Shown here: positions 30,612 through 40,612 of the stretch, piece after piece
Position numbering within the stretch: position 1 is the first letter of the stretch
Layout: each line of letters begins with the position of its first letter
Source: Candidatus Avimonas merdigallinarum
GTDB taxonomy: Bacteria; Bacillota; Clostridia; Oscillospirales; Acutalibacteraceae
DNA length: 64,000 bases
Reading direction: 5' to 3'
Assembly (NCBI GenBank): GCA_904377855.1
Contig: CAJFGS010000001.1
Span: forward strand, 42,538 to 106,537
The notes under the pieces: model-generated
The model's input: the letters and a program-made list of their open reading frames with translations, nothing else
Database searches by the model: none
What the model was told of the DNA's origin: nothing
Made by a program: the position numbers and the translations under genes

Positions 30612-31757
30612 TCAGATCTTCTCCTCGTCCACGCTCTCCTGCAGCAGATCCGCCTCCGGGTCAGCCAGTTCGTCGAATTCCTCCGAATAGGAACTGTAAT
30701 CGCCGAACATCCCGGAATAAGCCGACTTTTTCATGATGTGGATGTCCTCCGGATTCAGCACGATGCCGATCTGCCGGCCGACCTCATAATAGTCGGTGGT
30801 CTGGATCATCCATTTGAACCCTTTAAAATCCACGATGGTTTCAAAATGCACGCCTTTGAAGGTCACGCTGGTGACCGTGCCAGTCAAATCCCCTTTTTCC
30901 GGGGCCACGATATCGATATCCTCCGGCCGGATGACCACGTCCACCGGCTCCTGCGGGGCAAAGCCTGCGTCCAGGCAGCGGAATTTCCTCCCGAAGAACT
31001 CCACCAGGTAATCCTCGTGCATCACCCCGTCGAGGATGTTGCTCTCCCCGATGAAATCCGCCACAAACGCGTTTTCCGGCTCGTTATAGATATCCTGCGG
31101 GGTGCCGATCTGCTGGATCTGGCCGTTGTCCATGACCACCACGGTATCGGACATGGACAGCGCTTCCTCCTGATCGTGGGTGACATAAATAAAGGTGATC
31201 CCCAGCCTTTTCTGGATATTTTTTAATTCCACCTGCATATCCTTGCGCAGCTTGAGGTCAAGCGCGGCAAGCGGCTCGTCCAGCAGAAGGACCTTGGGGT
31301 TATTGGCCAGGGCGCGGGCGATTGCCACCCGCTGCTGCTGCCCGCCGGAGAGGGTGTTCACCCCCCGCTTTTCAAACCCCTTCAGGTTGACCAGTGCGAG
31401 CATCTCCTTCACCGTTTCCTTGATTTCACTCCGGCTCTTTTTCTGCACCCGCATCCCGAACGCCACGTTCTCCGCCACATTCAGATGCGGGAACAGCGCA
31501 TACCGCTGGAAAATCGTGTTCACCGGCCGGCGGTAGGCGGGCAGATCGTTCATTCGCTTGCCGTCAAAAAAGACATCGCCGTGATCCGGTGTGACGAAGC
31601 CGCCGATAATCCTCAGCGTGGTTGTCTTGCCGCACCCCGAAGGGCCGAGCAAGGTTACAAATTCTCCGTCTTTGATGCTGAGGTTCAGCCCGCTCAGCAC
31701 CTGTTCACCGTCAAACGATACCGCGATGTCTTTGAGTTGAATTATTTCTTTTTCCAC
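30612..31757 (-). CDS. potA: Spermidine/putrescine ABC transporter ATP-binding protein PotA
   Basis: Walker [26 protein letters not shown]-terminal TOBE-like domain. GTG start at 31757 preceded by AAAGGGGGA RBS; the longer ORF-track extension lacks an RBS. Confidence 0.88.
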   Translation of the reverse strand: MEKEIIQLKDIAVSFDGEQVLSGLNLSIKDGEFVTLLGPSGCGKTTTLRIIGGFVTPDHGDVFFDGKRMNDLPAYRRPVNTIFQRYALFPHLNVAENVAFGMRVQKKSRSEIKETVKEMLALVNLKGFEKRGVNTLSGGQQQRVAIARALANNPKVLLLDEPLAALDLKLRKDMQVELKNIQKRLGITFIYVTHDQEEALSMSDTVVVMDNGQIQQIGTPQDIYNEPENAFVADFIGESNILDGVMHEDYLVEFFGRKFRCLDAGFAPQEPVDVVIRPEDIDIVAPEKGDLTGTVTSVTFKGVHFETIVDFKGFKWMIQTTDYYEVGRQIGIVLNPEDIHIMKKSAYSGMFGDYSSYSEEFDELADPEADLLQESVDEEKI

Positions 31758-31983
31758 AATGCATCCCCCTTTGCGGTTGATACCGGTCTTTTTTCTCCTG
31801 GCCGGTATGGAGTTTTCCCGTTCCCCGCGTCCTCCTGGTCCGGGGCTGGAAAACCGCGGTCTCTCTGACAACGCCCTCCGCAAAGGGTTTTTCACAGTCC
31901 TGCCGAAAAAAGGCGAACTGCGGCGTGCGCGGATTCCGCTTTTATAAAATAGATGCATTGCCCGTTTCCGGACAACAAATAAC

Positions 31984-32012
31984 AATATAGGGTGTTTCTA
32001 TTAAAATGTCAA
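31984..32012 (-). promoter_or_regulatory. Sigma-A promoter TTGACA-17-TATATT for potABCD, followed by about 225-nt structured leader
   Basis: Minus-strand read: TTGACAttttaatagaaacacccTATATT. The leader contains hairpin ATACCGG...CCGGTAT just upstream of the RBS. Confidence 0.55.
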
Positions 32013-32244
32013 GATATATTGTGATTTTTTTGATTTTCTCTTACTTCCGGGCAATTTACTCCATAAAATTATGAAAATTCCTCGAAAATGCTTCCGAATC
32101 CTCTGTTTTTCTCCCGCGTGTTTTGGTCATAAGCCATTTGGAAAGATAGCGTTCACTCCTGCCCAACCACTACCCGGGAAAGCGGCCCGCCCGGGAATAT
32201 CGCACCGAACCGGCGCGCTTCGCCGGGGAAAGCGCATAAGCCGA

Positions 32245-32273
32245 TTGAATGGGGGAATAAAAAGGCGTATAAT
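32245..32273 (+). promoter_or_regulatory. Sigma-A promoter TTGAAT-17-TATAAT driving low-GC island gene
   Basis: Consensus-like hexamers with 17-bp spacer; transcript begins with a CCGGCAG...CTGCCGG hairpin, then AAGGAGGAA RBS. Confidence 0.6.
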
Positions 32274-32342
32274 GGTTGTGATCCGGCAGGCATTCCGTTT
32301 TCGGACGGCTGCCGGCACATACGCTGTAAGGAGGAATCTATC

Positions 32343-32779
32343 ATGATAGAATACGATATATCATTGATTCAATCTTTATCGGATTATTTTTGGGCTTCGT
32401 ACTCACGCTTATAACATGGCCTTTATTGTACTTTCTTCCCGCAATACCAGACTTTAAGAAGGTCAAGCAGCAATTGCTGTCCCAATATGACGTTATCCAT
32501 AGTGACTATGCGTGTGTTCATGCTGTTTACAAACCTGAGCCTAATATTTTAAATTTCGAGCCGCAAGATAAGGAATCTTATTTTACCGGTTATTTTTTTA
32601 TGACGGAAACAGCCATCGTTTTTAAAAGCGACGTCAGCAGCTCGAAATATTTAAGCGATATTATTCTTTATTACACCTCCATACAAAGCGTAAAAAAATG
32701 CTTCATACACCCGACCAGAATGAACGATAGCCGCCACACGATCTTATTTACGGCCGGAATTGTCGTCGCCACTAAATAG
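32343..32779 (+). CDS. Small membrane protein in low-GC island, interrupted by frameshift at T5 homopolymer (possible pseudogene/phase-variable)
   Basis: ATG at 32343 with strong RBS encodes 23 aa (MIEYDISLIQSLSDYFW...). The long ORF (TTG 32390, 129 aa; hydrophobic N-terminus then YFTGYFFMTETAIVFKSD, PH/GRAM-like) is in the +1 frame. Adding one T at 32386-32390 fuses them into a ~151-aa protein. Confidence 0.4.
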
Positions 32780-33117
32780 CTTCCGATTTATAATCGGCGA
32801 AAGAAAAAAGATCGTCTCAGAAATAGATATAAAAGTGCGTCAATATATGGAAACCGCAAACAATCATTGCCGTTCCTATAAGCAAAATGCAGTGCAGGTC
32901 GATAATTAGGCAAAAGAATTTGCCCATATTGCGGCTCAAAGGCTGCTTCTACAGATACGAAATACAAGAACTGCGACAAAGAATTTTATCAACAGCCATA
33001 AATCCATAAAAAATCCATGCCAATCGTCGGCGCATGGTGAACGGCTCTCCAATCTGCTCCTCACCTGCCTCATTATACCAAAGGAGTTGTCTTTCTACGA
33101 TTCCTTTGACAGACTGA

Positions 33118-33152
33118 AACTCCCGTCGGCCGTATGGCCGGCGGGAGTTTTT
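33118..33152 (+). terminator. Rho-independent terminator closing the low-GC island
   Basis: CTCCCGTCGGCC-gtat-GGCCGGCGGGAG followed by TTTTTTG. Confidence 0.55.
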
Positions 33153-33257
33153 TGAGTCGAGGGCGGTTTTCGCCGGAAGCGTCCCGCTCCCAGCGGAGGC
33201 CGGCGCCGGTTTTGAGGGCGCAGAGCCAGGCGGTGCAGCCGCTTCCCGGAGCGAAGC

Positions 33258-35024
33258 CTATATCCCCTCTTCGGTCGGCGCAAACTGCGAATTGTACAGG
33301 CTGGCATAGAATCCGCCGCGGGCAAGCAGTTCGTCGTGGCGCCCCTGTTCCACCACGTTGCCCTTGTCCAGCACCAGGATGCGGTCCGCATCCCGGATAG
33401 TGGACAGCCGGTGGGCGATGACAAAGGTGGTCTTTCCCTTCATCATCTTCCGGAAAGCCCGCTGAATCCGCATCTCGGTCAGGATGTCCACCGAACTGGT
33501 CGCCTCGTCCAGGATCAGCATCGGCGGGCCGAGCAGCATTGCCCGGGCAATGGTAAGCAACTGCTTCTGTCCCTGGGAGAGGTTACCCCCGTCCTCCGCA
33601 ATCATCGTCTGGTATCCCTGCGGCAGGCGGCGGATAAAGCTGTGGGCATGCGCCGCCTTTGCGGCGGCCTCCACCTCCTCGTCGGTGGCGTCCGGCTTGC
33701 CGTACGCGATATTCTCCCGCACCGTGCCGGCAAACAGCCAGGTTTCCTGCAGAACCATGCCGAAGCTGCGCCGCAGGCTGTCCCTGGTCAGGCCGGTGAC
33801 GTCCTTGCCGTCCACCGAAATCCGGCCGCCGTCCACCTCATAAAAACGCATCAGCAGGTTGACCAGGGTGGTTTTCCCCGCCCCGGTCGGCCCGACAATG
33901 GCGATGGTTTCACCCGGCCGGACATCCAGGCAGAAATCCTCAATCAGTTTCCGGTCCGGCGTATACGAAAACGAGACGTCCTCGAAACGCACCGCCCCCT
34001 GCGCGTTCAGTAGCTGCGACACGGACGCCGGCTCCGGCGCCTGTTCCGGCTCGTCCAGTACGGCGAACACCCGCCGGGCGGAGGCCATGGCCAGCTGAAG
34101 CTGCATGGTGATGGAGGTGATTTCATTGAACGGCTTGGAGAACTGGGCGGTATAGGTCAAAAAGCTGGCTACCCCGCCGGTGGTCAACGTCCCCCGCAGC
34201 ACGGCGAGGATGCCGAAGCCCCCCACCAGCACATAGGCGATGTTGTTGACAAAGCGGGTGGAGGGGTTCACCAGGGCGGAGGCGAACTGGGCGCGGTAGC
34301 CGCATTCATACAGTTCGGCGTTGATCTCCCCGAAGCGCTCCACTTCCCGCTCCTCATAGCCGAAAGCCTTCACCGTCCGCTGGCCGCTTATCATCTCCTC
34401 GGCATAGCCGTTCAGCCGGCCCAACGCCTTCTGCTGCTCGCGGAAGCGCTTGCTGCCGTATTTGGTGATAAAATACCCCACCAAAAAGCACAGCGGCGTG
34501 ACAAACACCACCACCAGCGTGACCCAGGGATTCAGCGTGAGCATAAACGCCAGGGAGAGGATCACGGTAATCACGCCGGAGGCCAGCTGCGGGATGCCCT
34601 GGTTCAGCCCGTCCGCAATGGCGTCGACGTCGTTGGAAAAACGGCTCATGATATCGCCGCGGGAATGGGAATCGAAATATTTGAGCGGCAGGCGGCCCAG
34701 CTTGTTAAACAGGTCGACCCGCAGATCCCGCACCGTCCGATTGGCCGCGACGTTGGCGCAAAGCGCCGTAAGCCAGGTTAGCCCGCACCCCACTAGGTAA
34801 AGGACGCCGATCACCCCCAGCATCTTGAGCAGCGCGGGGAAAAAGGAGGAACCGCTGCCGGGGAGGATCAGGTCAATCACCCGGCCGACCAGCTTGGGCG
34901 CCAAAAGCAGCGCCGCGTTCCCGACAAGGGCGGACAGGAATACCCCCGCCATCAGCCCTTTCTGCCGGCCGACGTAGCCGAGGAGCCGCCGCAGGGTGCC
35001 CGCCGTATTTTTCGGCTGTTTCAT
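33258..35024 (-). CDS. ABC exporter, fused permease/ATP-binding subunit (heterodimer partner B)
   Basis: 588 aa, 6-TM domain plus NBD (GPTGAGKTT, LSQGQKQLLTIARAM, ILDEATSSVD). Confidence 0.85.
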   Translation of the reverse strand: MKQPKNTAGTLRRLLGYVGRQKGLMAGVFLSALVGNAALLLAPKLVGRVIDLILPGSGSSFFPALLKMLGVIGVLYLVGCGLTWLTALCANVAANRTVRDLRVDLFNKLGRLPLKYFDSHSRGDIMSRFSNDVDAIADGLNQGIPQLASGVITVILSLAFMLTLNPWVTLVVVFVTPLCFLVGYFITKYGSKRFREQQKALGRLNGYAEEMISGQRTVKAFGYEEREVERFGEINAELYECGYRAQFASALVNPSTRFVNNIAYVLVGGFGILAVLRGTLTTGGVASFLTYTAQFSKPFNEITSITMQLQLAMASARRVFAVLDEPEQAPEPASVSQLLNAQGAVRFEDVSFSYTPDRKLIEDFCLDVRPGETIAIVGPTGAGKTTLVNLLMRFYEVDGGRISVDGKDVTGLTRDSLRRSFGMVLQETWLFAGTVRENIAYGKPDATDEEVEAAAKAAHAHSFIRRLPQGYQTMIAEDGGNLSQGQKQLLTIARAMLLGPPMLILDEATSSVDILTEMRIQRAFRKMMKGKTTFVIAHRLSTIRDADRILVLDKGNVVEQGRHDELLARGGFYASLYNSQFAPTEEGI

Positions 35025-36799
35025 CCCGCCGCCTCCTCTCCCCGTTCCTGGGAACGGCAGATTTCCTGGTATGCCTCGCAGGTTTCGAGCAGTTCTTCAT
35101 GCGTCCCGGCGCCGGCCAGCCGCCCGTCGTCCAGCACCAGGATAATGTCCGATTGCCGGACCGTGCTTACCCTCTGGGAGACGGTGAACACCGTCATCTC
35201 CCGGCTCGCGGCGCGGACAGCCCGGCGGAGGGCGGCGTCGGTGGCGTAGTCCAGCGCGCTGGAGGAATCGTCCAGCACCAGGATTTCCGGCTCCCGCACC
35301 AGGGCGCGGGCAATGGTCAGCCGCTGCTTCTGCCCGCCGGAGAAGTTCGCGCCCCCCCGCTCCACCGGGGAATCGTATCCCTGCGGCAGCCGATCGATAA
35401 ATTCCGCCGCCTGCGCGGTCGCTGCTGCCCGGCGGACCGCCTCGTCGTCCGCGTCCGGCCGGCCCCAGCGGATGTTTTCGGCGATCGTGCCGGAAAACAG
35501 CTCCGCCTTCTGCGGCACCATCCCGATCTTCCCCCGCAGCACGTCCAGCGGGTAATCCCGCACGTCCGCGCCGTCCACCCGGACGGCACCGGCCCGCACA
35601 TCGTAGTACCGGGCGAGGAGCCCCATCAGGGTGGATTTCCCCGATCCGGTGCCGCCGATCACCCCCACGGCCGCCCCGCGCGGGATTGACACCGTGATGT
35701 CGGTCAGTTCGTCCTCCCCGTCGTCGTAGGAGAAGAAAACGTGGTCGAACTCCACCGCCGGCGATTCCAGGGACAGTTCCGGCGTTTGAGCCGCCCCGGC
35801 AACGGCGGGCTGGGTCCCCAGCACCTCCAGCACACGACCGGCGGAGGCATAGGCCCTGGTGAAGGTGATGACCAGATTCGCCACCACGATGAGGGCCAGC
35901 AGGATCTGGTTGACATAGTTAATAAACGCGATGATCTCGCCGGTGGTCATCCCCCCAGCCTCCACCCGCACCCCGCCGAACCAGACGATGGCGAGGATGG
36001 CGGCGTTCATAATCAGCTGGGTCGCCGGGTTCAAAAAGGCCGAAATCCGGCCGACCCGGATCGACGCGTCCCGGTGCTCATCGGCCGCGGAGGCGAAGCG
36101 CTTCCTCTCCAGCCCGGTACGGGCAAAGGCGCGGATCACCCGCACGCCGGACAGGTTTTCCCGCAGCACCAGCGTTAGCCCGTCCAGCCGCTTTTGCACC
36201 AGACGGTGAAGCTTCACCGTAGCTTTCATAACAAGGACGATAATCAGGACGAACAGCGGGATGGCCACAATAATAATCAGGGACAGCTTCCAATCGATGG
36301 TCAGCGCCATGATCACCCCGCCGATACAGAGAAACGGCGCGCGGACCACCAGGCGGATGAGCATCGCCACCGCATACTGAAGCTGGTTGACGTCATTGGT
36401 CACCCGGTTGATGAGGGACGGCGTGCCGAAGCGGTCCAGTTCCGCGTGGGAGAACGTCGAGATATGCCGGAATACGGCGTTGCGCAGCCCGGTGCCGAAG
36501 CCCTGGGAGGCGATGGAGGCCACGTACTGGCAAACCAGCGCGCAGCAGAGCCCGACCGTCACGATCCCGAGCATGACGCCGCCCATTCTTAAAATATAGC
36601 CGGTATCCCCCGCCGCAACGCCCTTATCGATCACCTGCGCCATCAGGGTGGGCAGATATAGTTCCAGCACCGCCTCAATCAGCTTAAACAGCGGCCCAAG
36701 GATGGTATGCTTCCGGTACGGCTTCAGATACGGAAGCAGCCCGCTGAGCGGCAGAGCCCCCTGCCGGCGGGCTTTCCCCTTGTCGGTTGGTTTTCCCAC
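35021..36799 (-). CDS. ABC exporter, fused permease/ATP-binding subunit (heterodimer partner A)
   Basis: 592 aa; GGTGSGKST, FSGGQKQRLTIARAL; GTG start at 36799; 4-nt overlap with partner gene. Confidence 0.85.
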   Translation of the reverse strand: MGKPTDKGKARRQGALPLSGLLPYLKPYRKHTILGPLFKLIEAVLELYLPTLMAQVIDKGVAAGDTGYILRMGGVMLGIVTVGLCCALVCQYVASIASQGFGTGLRNAVFRHISTFSHAELDRFGTPSLINRVTNDVNQLQYAVAMLIRLVVRAPFLCIGGVIMALTIDWKLSLIIIVAIPLFVLIIVLVMKATVKLHRLVQKRLDGLTLVLRENLSGVRVIRAFARTGLERKRFASAADEHRDASIRVGRISAFLNPATQLIMNAAILAIVWFGGVRVEAGGMTTGEIIAFINYVNQILLALIVVANLVITFTRAYASAGRVLEVLGTQPAVAGAAQTPELSLESPAVEFDHVFFSYDDGEDELTDITVSIPRGAAVGVIGGTGSGKSTLMGLLARYYDVRAGAVRVDGADVRDYPLDVLRGKIGMVPQKAELFSGTIAENIRWGRPDADDEAVRRAAATAQAAEFIDRLPQGYDSPVERGGANFSGGQKQRLTIARALVREPEILVLDDSSSALDYATDAALRRAVRAASREMTVFTVSQRVSTVRQSDIILVLDDGRLAGAGTHEELLETCEAYQEICRSQERGEEAAG

Positions 36800-36849
36800 G
36801 CTATCCCCTCGTCTTCCCCTCCCGCCTTTGCGGGAATATCGTTCTCTCT

Positions 36850-36878
36850 ATGGTAGCATGCCCGCGCCGGCAATGCAA
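36850..36878 (-). promoter_or_regulatory. Putative promoter TTGCAT-17-TACCAT for ABC exporter pair
   Basis: Minus-strand read: TTGCATtgccggcgcgggcatgcTACCAT. Confidence 0.4.
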
Positions 36879-36896
36879 GCGCGGGAAACGGATAAA

Positions 36897-36940
36897 CTTT
36901 GCGGCCGGAGTTTTTTTCCCCGGCCGCAAAGCGGAATCTT
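36897..36940 (-). terminator. Rho-independent terminator after amino-acid ABC operon 2
   Basis: 12-bp stem CTTTGCGGCCGG / CCGGCCGCAAAG with T-rich flank; can also fold on the plus strand. Confidence 0.55.
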
Positions 36941-37708
36941 TTAATTCTGATGAAACCGGGACAGGAAAGCGCGGGTGCGCTCGCTGCGCGGATTGCCGAT
37001 CACCTGCGCCGGCTCCCCCTGTTCCACAATTACGCCGCCGTCCATGAAGATTACGCGGTCGGAGACATCCCGGGCAAACGCCATCTCGTGGGTGACGATC
37101 ACCATGGTCATATGTTCCTCCGCCAGGTCGCGGATGACCTTGAGGATATCCCCGGTCAGCTCCGGATCAAGCGCGGAGGTCGGCTCGTCAAAAAACAGGA
37201 CGTCCGGCTGCATGGCCAGCGCCCGCGCGATCGCCACCCGCTGCTGCTGCCCGCCGGAAAGCTCGCAGGGATAGGCGTCCGCCCGTTCGGCCAGCCCGAC
37301 CTTTTGGAGCAGGGCGCGGGCCTCCTCCTCCGCGGTGCGGCGGTCCTTTTTTCCCACCCGCACCGGCGCTTCGGTGAGGTTGCGCATCACGGTGAAGTGC
37401 GGGAAAAGGTTGAAGTTCTGAAACACCAGCCCAAACCGCCGCCGGATCTGCTGGAGCACCGCCGCCTCGCTGTACACCGCTCTCGCCTGCCCGGCGGGGG
37501 TGTCCGCCATGAGCAGGTCTCCATAGGCGATCCGCCCGGAATCAACCCGCTCCAGCAGGGTCACGCACCGCAGGAGGGTGGACTTTCCAGAACCGGAGGG
37601 GCCGATGATCGACAGGACCTCCCCTTCGTTGATTTCAAAGGAAATGTCCTTCAGCACCTCGTTTGCCCCAAACGATTTTTTCAGGTTCTGCGCCGACAAT
37701 ACGCTCAA
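36941..37708 (-). CDS. Polar amino-acid ABC transporter ATP-binding protein (second system)
   Basis: [34 protein letters not shown]. Confidence 0.9.
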   Translation of the reverse strand: MSVLSAQNLKKSFGANEVLKDISFEINEGEVLSIIGPSGSGKSTLLRCVTLLERVDSGRIAYGDLLMADTPAGQARAVYSEAAVLQQIRRRFGLVFQNFNLFPHFTVMRNLTEAPVRVGKKDRRTAEEEARALLQKVGLAERADAYPCELSGGQQQRVAIARALAMQPDVLFFDEPTSALDPELTGDILKVIRDLAEEHMTMVIVTHEMAFARDVSDRVIFMDGGVIVEQGEPAQVIGNPRSERTRAFLSRFHQN

Positions 37709-37723
37709 GGCCGTTCCCCTCCT

Positions 37724-38374
37724 TTACCGGTAATAGCTCAGCTTCTTCTCCGCCATGGAGAAGCATTTGGACACAACGGCGTTCATAATCAGGTAAAAGG
37801 CCCCGGCCACGAAGATGGGAAGCAGGGAAACCATGCCCGTCTGTATTTTCTGCGCGATGCTGGTGATTTCCACCACCGCTATCACCTGCGCCAGGGAAGT
37901 ATCCTTGACCAGGGTCATGAATTCATTGCCCATTGGCGGCAGGATTTTCTTGACCACCTGCGGAAGCACAATGCGGAAGAAGGTCTGGGATTTGGAAAAG
38001 CCCAGCACATTGGCCGCCTCCTTCTGCCCGGCCGGGATGCTCTCAATCCCGCCGCGGTAGATCTCCGCGAAATAGGCCGCATAATTGAAGGTGAAGGCGA
38101 CAATGGCGGTCTGCAGGCGGCTAAAGCCGATGCCGCCCAGCTTCAGCCCGAACCAGAAGAAGATGAGCTGCAGCATCAGCGGCGTCCCTCGCATCACCAG
38201 CAGGTAAACCTGCGCAATCCAGCGGACAGGCGCTATCCGGGACATCCGCCCGAACGCGACCACCAGCCCCAGCGGAAGCGAAAACAGCAGGGTAAACGCA
38301 AAAATCGTCACCGTAACCAGCAGCGGTTCCATCATCTGGGGCAGGACCTGCGCAATATCCTCAAACAGCGACAT
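37724..38374 (-). CDS. Polar amino-acid ABC transporter permease (second system)
   Basis: 216 aa HisM-type permease. Confidence 0.85.
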   Translation of the reverse strand: MSLFEDIAQVLPQMMEPLLVTVTIFAFTLLFSLPLGLVVAFGRMSRIAPVRWIAQVYLLVMRGTPLMLQLIFFWFGLKLGGIGFSRLQTAIVAFTFNYAAYFAEIYRGGIESIPAGQKEAANVLGFSKSQTFFRIVLPQVVKKILPPMGNEFMTLVKDTSLAQVIAVVEITSIAQKIQTGMVSLLPIFVAGAFYLIMNAVVSKCFSMAEKKLSYYR

Positions 38375-38550
38375 ATACTTATAACCTCTTCCTTATATTC
38401 CATCCGCCGCGCGCAGGCGGCGTTCCGTCTGCAACGGCGGGGCTTCGCCTTCCCCACATCGTCTTTTAAAATTCCGGCCACAAACAACAAACACGGGGCC
38501 GGGAAATTCCGGCCCTGTGTCCGTCGCCATCACCCGCTGTGCAGATGGAT

Positions 38551-39423
38551 TTATTCGGCTGTCGAATTGTTTTCCGCTTCCTGCTCCAGCTCGGTCAGGT
38601 GGGCTATGTAATACCGCGCCACAATCTCATCCATAATGACCGCGTCGCTGGTCCCCTGCTGCAGCTCATACATCGCCAGGACGTTGTTGGGCACCCGCAC
38701 CGCGTCGCCGCCGCTGAGGATGCTCTTGATGTCCTGCCGGCCCTCCAACGCCTCTACTGCGGTGGAGCCGTCCTGCAGCACCACCACCTTGTCCTTCAGG
38801 TCGGCTACCGCTGCAATGCCGTTGTCCTTGAGGGTGACGACGACCTGCCGGTTCTCCATATACGGCTCACTCAGGCACAGCTTCTCCTGGCGTTCCTCGC
38901 TGATGCTCAGCCCGTTCCACAGGCAGTCCACCGTCCCCTGGTTCAGCTCCTCGACGTTGTACGCCCAGGTAATCGGCTCCAGCTGGAGTTCCACGCCCAT
39001 ACGCTCGCATACCTCGGCCGCCATATCGATGTCGTAGCCGATGATTTCGCCGCTCTCCTGATCCCGGTATCCCATCGGCGGGAAGGAGTCATCCAGCCCC
39101 ATGACCAGCACACCCTTGTCCTTTACCTTCTGGAGGGAATCGTCGGTCGCGGTGGATTCCGGCACGCTCTCTGGGATGGTGGAGGTGTCCTCCCCAAACC
39201 ATTTGGTCGCGATTTCCGCCGCCGTGCCGTCCTTTTTCATCTCGCACAGGATCCGCTGCACCTCGTCCCGCAGCGCCTGATCCTCCTTGCGGAAACCGAT
39301 GGCGTACTGCTCTTCCGAGAGCGCCTCGTCCAGCACCACGTATTCCACGTCCTTTTTCGAGCAGCCCGCAAAGAGCAGGGCCGTCATCACCAGGGTCAGC
39401 GCCGCCGCCAGCATCTTTTTCAC
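38551..39423 (-). CDS. Polar amino-acid ABC transporter substrate-binding lipoprotein (second system)
   Basis: Signal plus lipobox (LFAGCS); SBP_bac_3 fold. Confidence 0.85.
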   Translation of the reverse strand: MKKMLAAALTLVMTALLFAGCSKKDVEYVVLDEALSEEQYAIGFRKEDQALRDEVQRILCEMKKDGTAAEIATKWFGEDTSTIPESVPESTATDDSLQKVKDKGVLVMGLDDSFPPMGYRDQESGEIIGYDIDMAAEVCERMGVELQLEPITWAYNVEELNQGTVDCLWNGLSISEERQEKLCLSEPYMENRQVVVTLKDNGIAAVADLKDKVVVLQDGSTAVEALEGRQDIKSILSGGDAVRVPNNVLAMYELQQGTSDAVIMDEIVARYYIAHLTELEQEAENNSTAE

Positions 39424-39596
39424 AAAAACCCATCCTTTCCCCTTTTCGCCGGGAAGAAGGCCTGCTGCCTTCCTTCTCGGCGAATTTTTCTCCTCAGTTC
39501 CCCGAAACCGGCCGGATTGCAGGCGCCTGCATTTCCGCCCGCTTGGTTACATATACAAAATACAGGGCCCGGAATCCTCAGCTTCAGGATTCTCTT

Positions 39597-39625
39597 ATTG
39601 TACACTATCCTGCTACTAAAGTAAA
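39597..39625 (-). promoter_or_regulatory. Putative promoter TTTACT-17-TGTACAAT for amino-acid ABC operon 2, about 170-nt structured leader
   Basis: Minus-strand extended -10 GTGTACAAT; leader contains GAATCCT...AGGATTC hairpin. Confidence 0.4.
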
Positions 39626-39845
39626 GCGGCAAATTCCAAATTTCCGCTTTCCGTTGGTTCCGACAAAAGCAAGTCTCCCGCGGCGCAAAGGGCCGGCGCA
39701 TCCCACAAGATTTTTTGTCATGCATCCAAATACGATATTGGACGAAAAAAGGCGAAATTTATCGAAACCATCCGATTTCATGGGATAATTTCGAATTTTC
39801 AATCTCCCTTCTTCTTGGAGCAGCGCTCCTTATTCTACCTGCCGA

Positions 39846-39874
39846 TTGAAGTTCATATGAACCTGTGATAAAAT
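39846..39874 (+). promoter_or_regulatory. Strong promoter TTGAAG-17-TGaTAAAAT for DUF1836 gene, with 12-bp palindrome GTTCATATGAAC (39851-39862) in the spacer
   Basis: Consensus-like -35, extended -10 and exact 17-bp spacing; the perfect palindrome overlaps the -35/spacer, as a candidate operator. Confidence 0.55.
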
Positions 39875-39948
39875 TTATTCGAACTCAAAAAGAGGTCTTC
39901 CGAACTTTTAGTTCGATCCGCCGACGGCCTGCAGAAAGGAGGAGCCTT

Positions 39949-40527
39949 ATGCTCGAATTTCTTCCCGGAACCACCTTGCCCATGACCGAGGAAGCCCGAA
40001 AGGATGCTTTTGGATCCCTGGCACCCATCTTCGCCGTTTCCGGCGGAGGGCTGCTGCTCTCCCAGGTATCGGAGATGACCGGGCTGGGGTCCACCACCAT
40101 CCAGAATTGGGTGAAGCGGGGGTGGGTGTCCAGCCCGGTCAACAAGCGGTACAGCGAAGTGCAGGTTTCCCGGATTCTGCTCATCAACCTGCTGCGCCCC
40201 GCGATGCAGCTGGAAAAAATCGTCCAGCTTCTTCATTACCTCAACGGAAGCGTGGAGGATCGGGCGGATGACGCGATCCCGGAGCCGAAGTTGTACAGCC
40301 TGCTCTGCACCGCTATGCAGGAACTTTCCGAGTGCGAAAAAATCACCCACGAGTCCCTCGTAACCCTCATTGAGCCGCTGATTGAGGGTTACGAGGGCCC
40401 CGTACCCGGCGCGGCGGAACGGCTGAAAACCGCCTTATCCATCATGCTCATGAACGTAGCCGCCGCTATGCTCATGCAGCAGGCGGAAGCGATTTTCGCC
40501 CAAACCGTCGCACTGGAGAAAAACTGA
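39949..40527 (+). CDS. DUF1836 domain protein (putative HTH-containing regulator)
   Basis: MLEFLPGTTLPMTEE...LSQVSEMTGLGSTTIQNWVKRGWVSSPVNKRYSEVQVSRILLINLLR matches the DUF1836 core; GAAAGGAGG RBS. Confidence 0.6.
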   Translation: MLEFLPGTTLPMTEEARKDAFGSLAPIFAVSGGGLLLSQVSEMTGLGSTTIQNWVKRGWVSSPVNKRYSEVQVSRILLINLLRPAMQLEKIVQLLHYLNGSVEDRADDAIPEPKLYSLLCTAMQELSECEKITHESLVTLIEPLIEGYEGPVPGAAERLKTALSIMLMNVAAAMLMQQAEAIFAQTVALEKN

Positions 40528-40612
40528 GGGCCTGCATTCGAATGCATAATCGTTTATAACTGCCGCCCCGCCGGCGGCGGGAAAGCGGCAAAAGAAAAAG
40601 GAGGGAAATCCT

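Noticed and set aside
32906-33001. Zinc-ribbon-like mini-ORF (ICPYCGSKAASTDTKYKNCDKEFYQQP)
   Set aside because: No ATG/GTG start or RBS. It is probably a chance pattern or a decayed fragment inside the low-GC island.
36899-38611. 570-aa plus-strand ORF
   Set aside because: Antisense to the second amino-acid ABC operon; no motifs.
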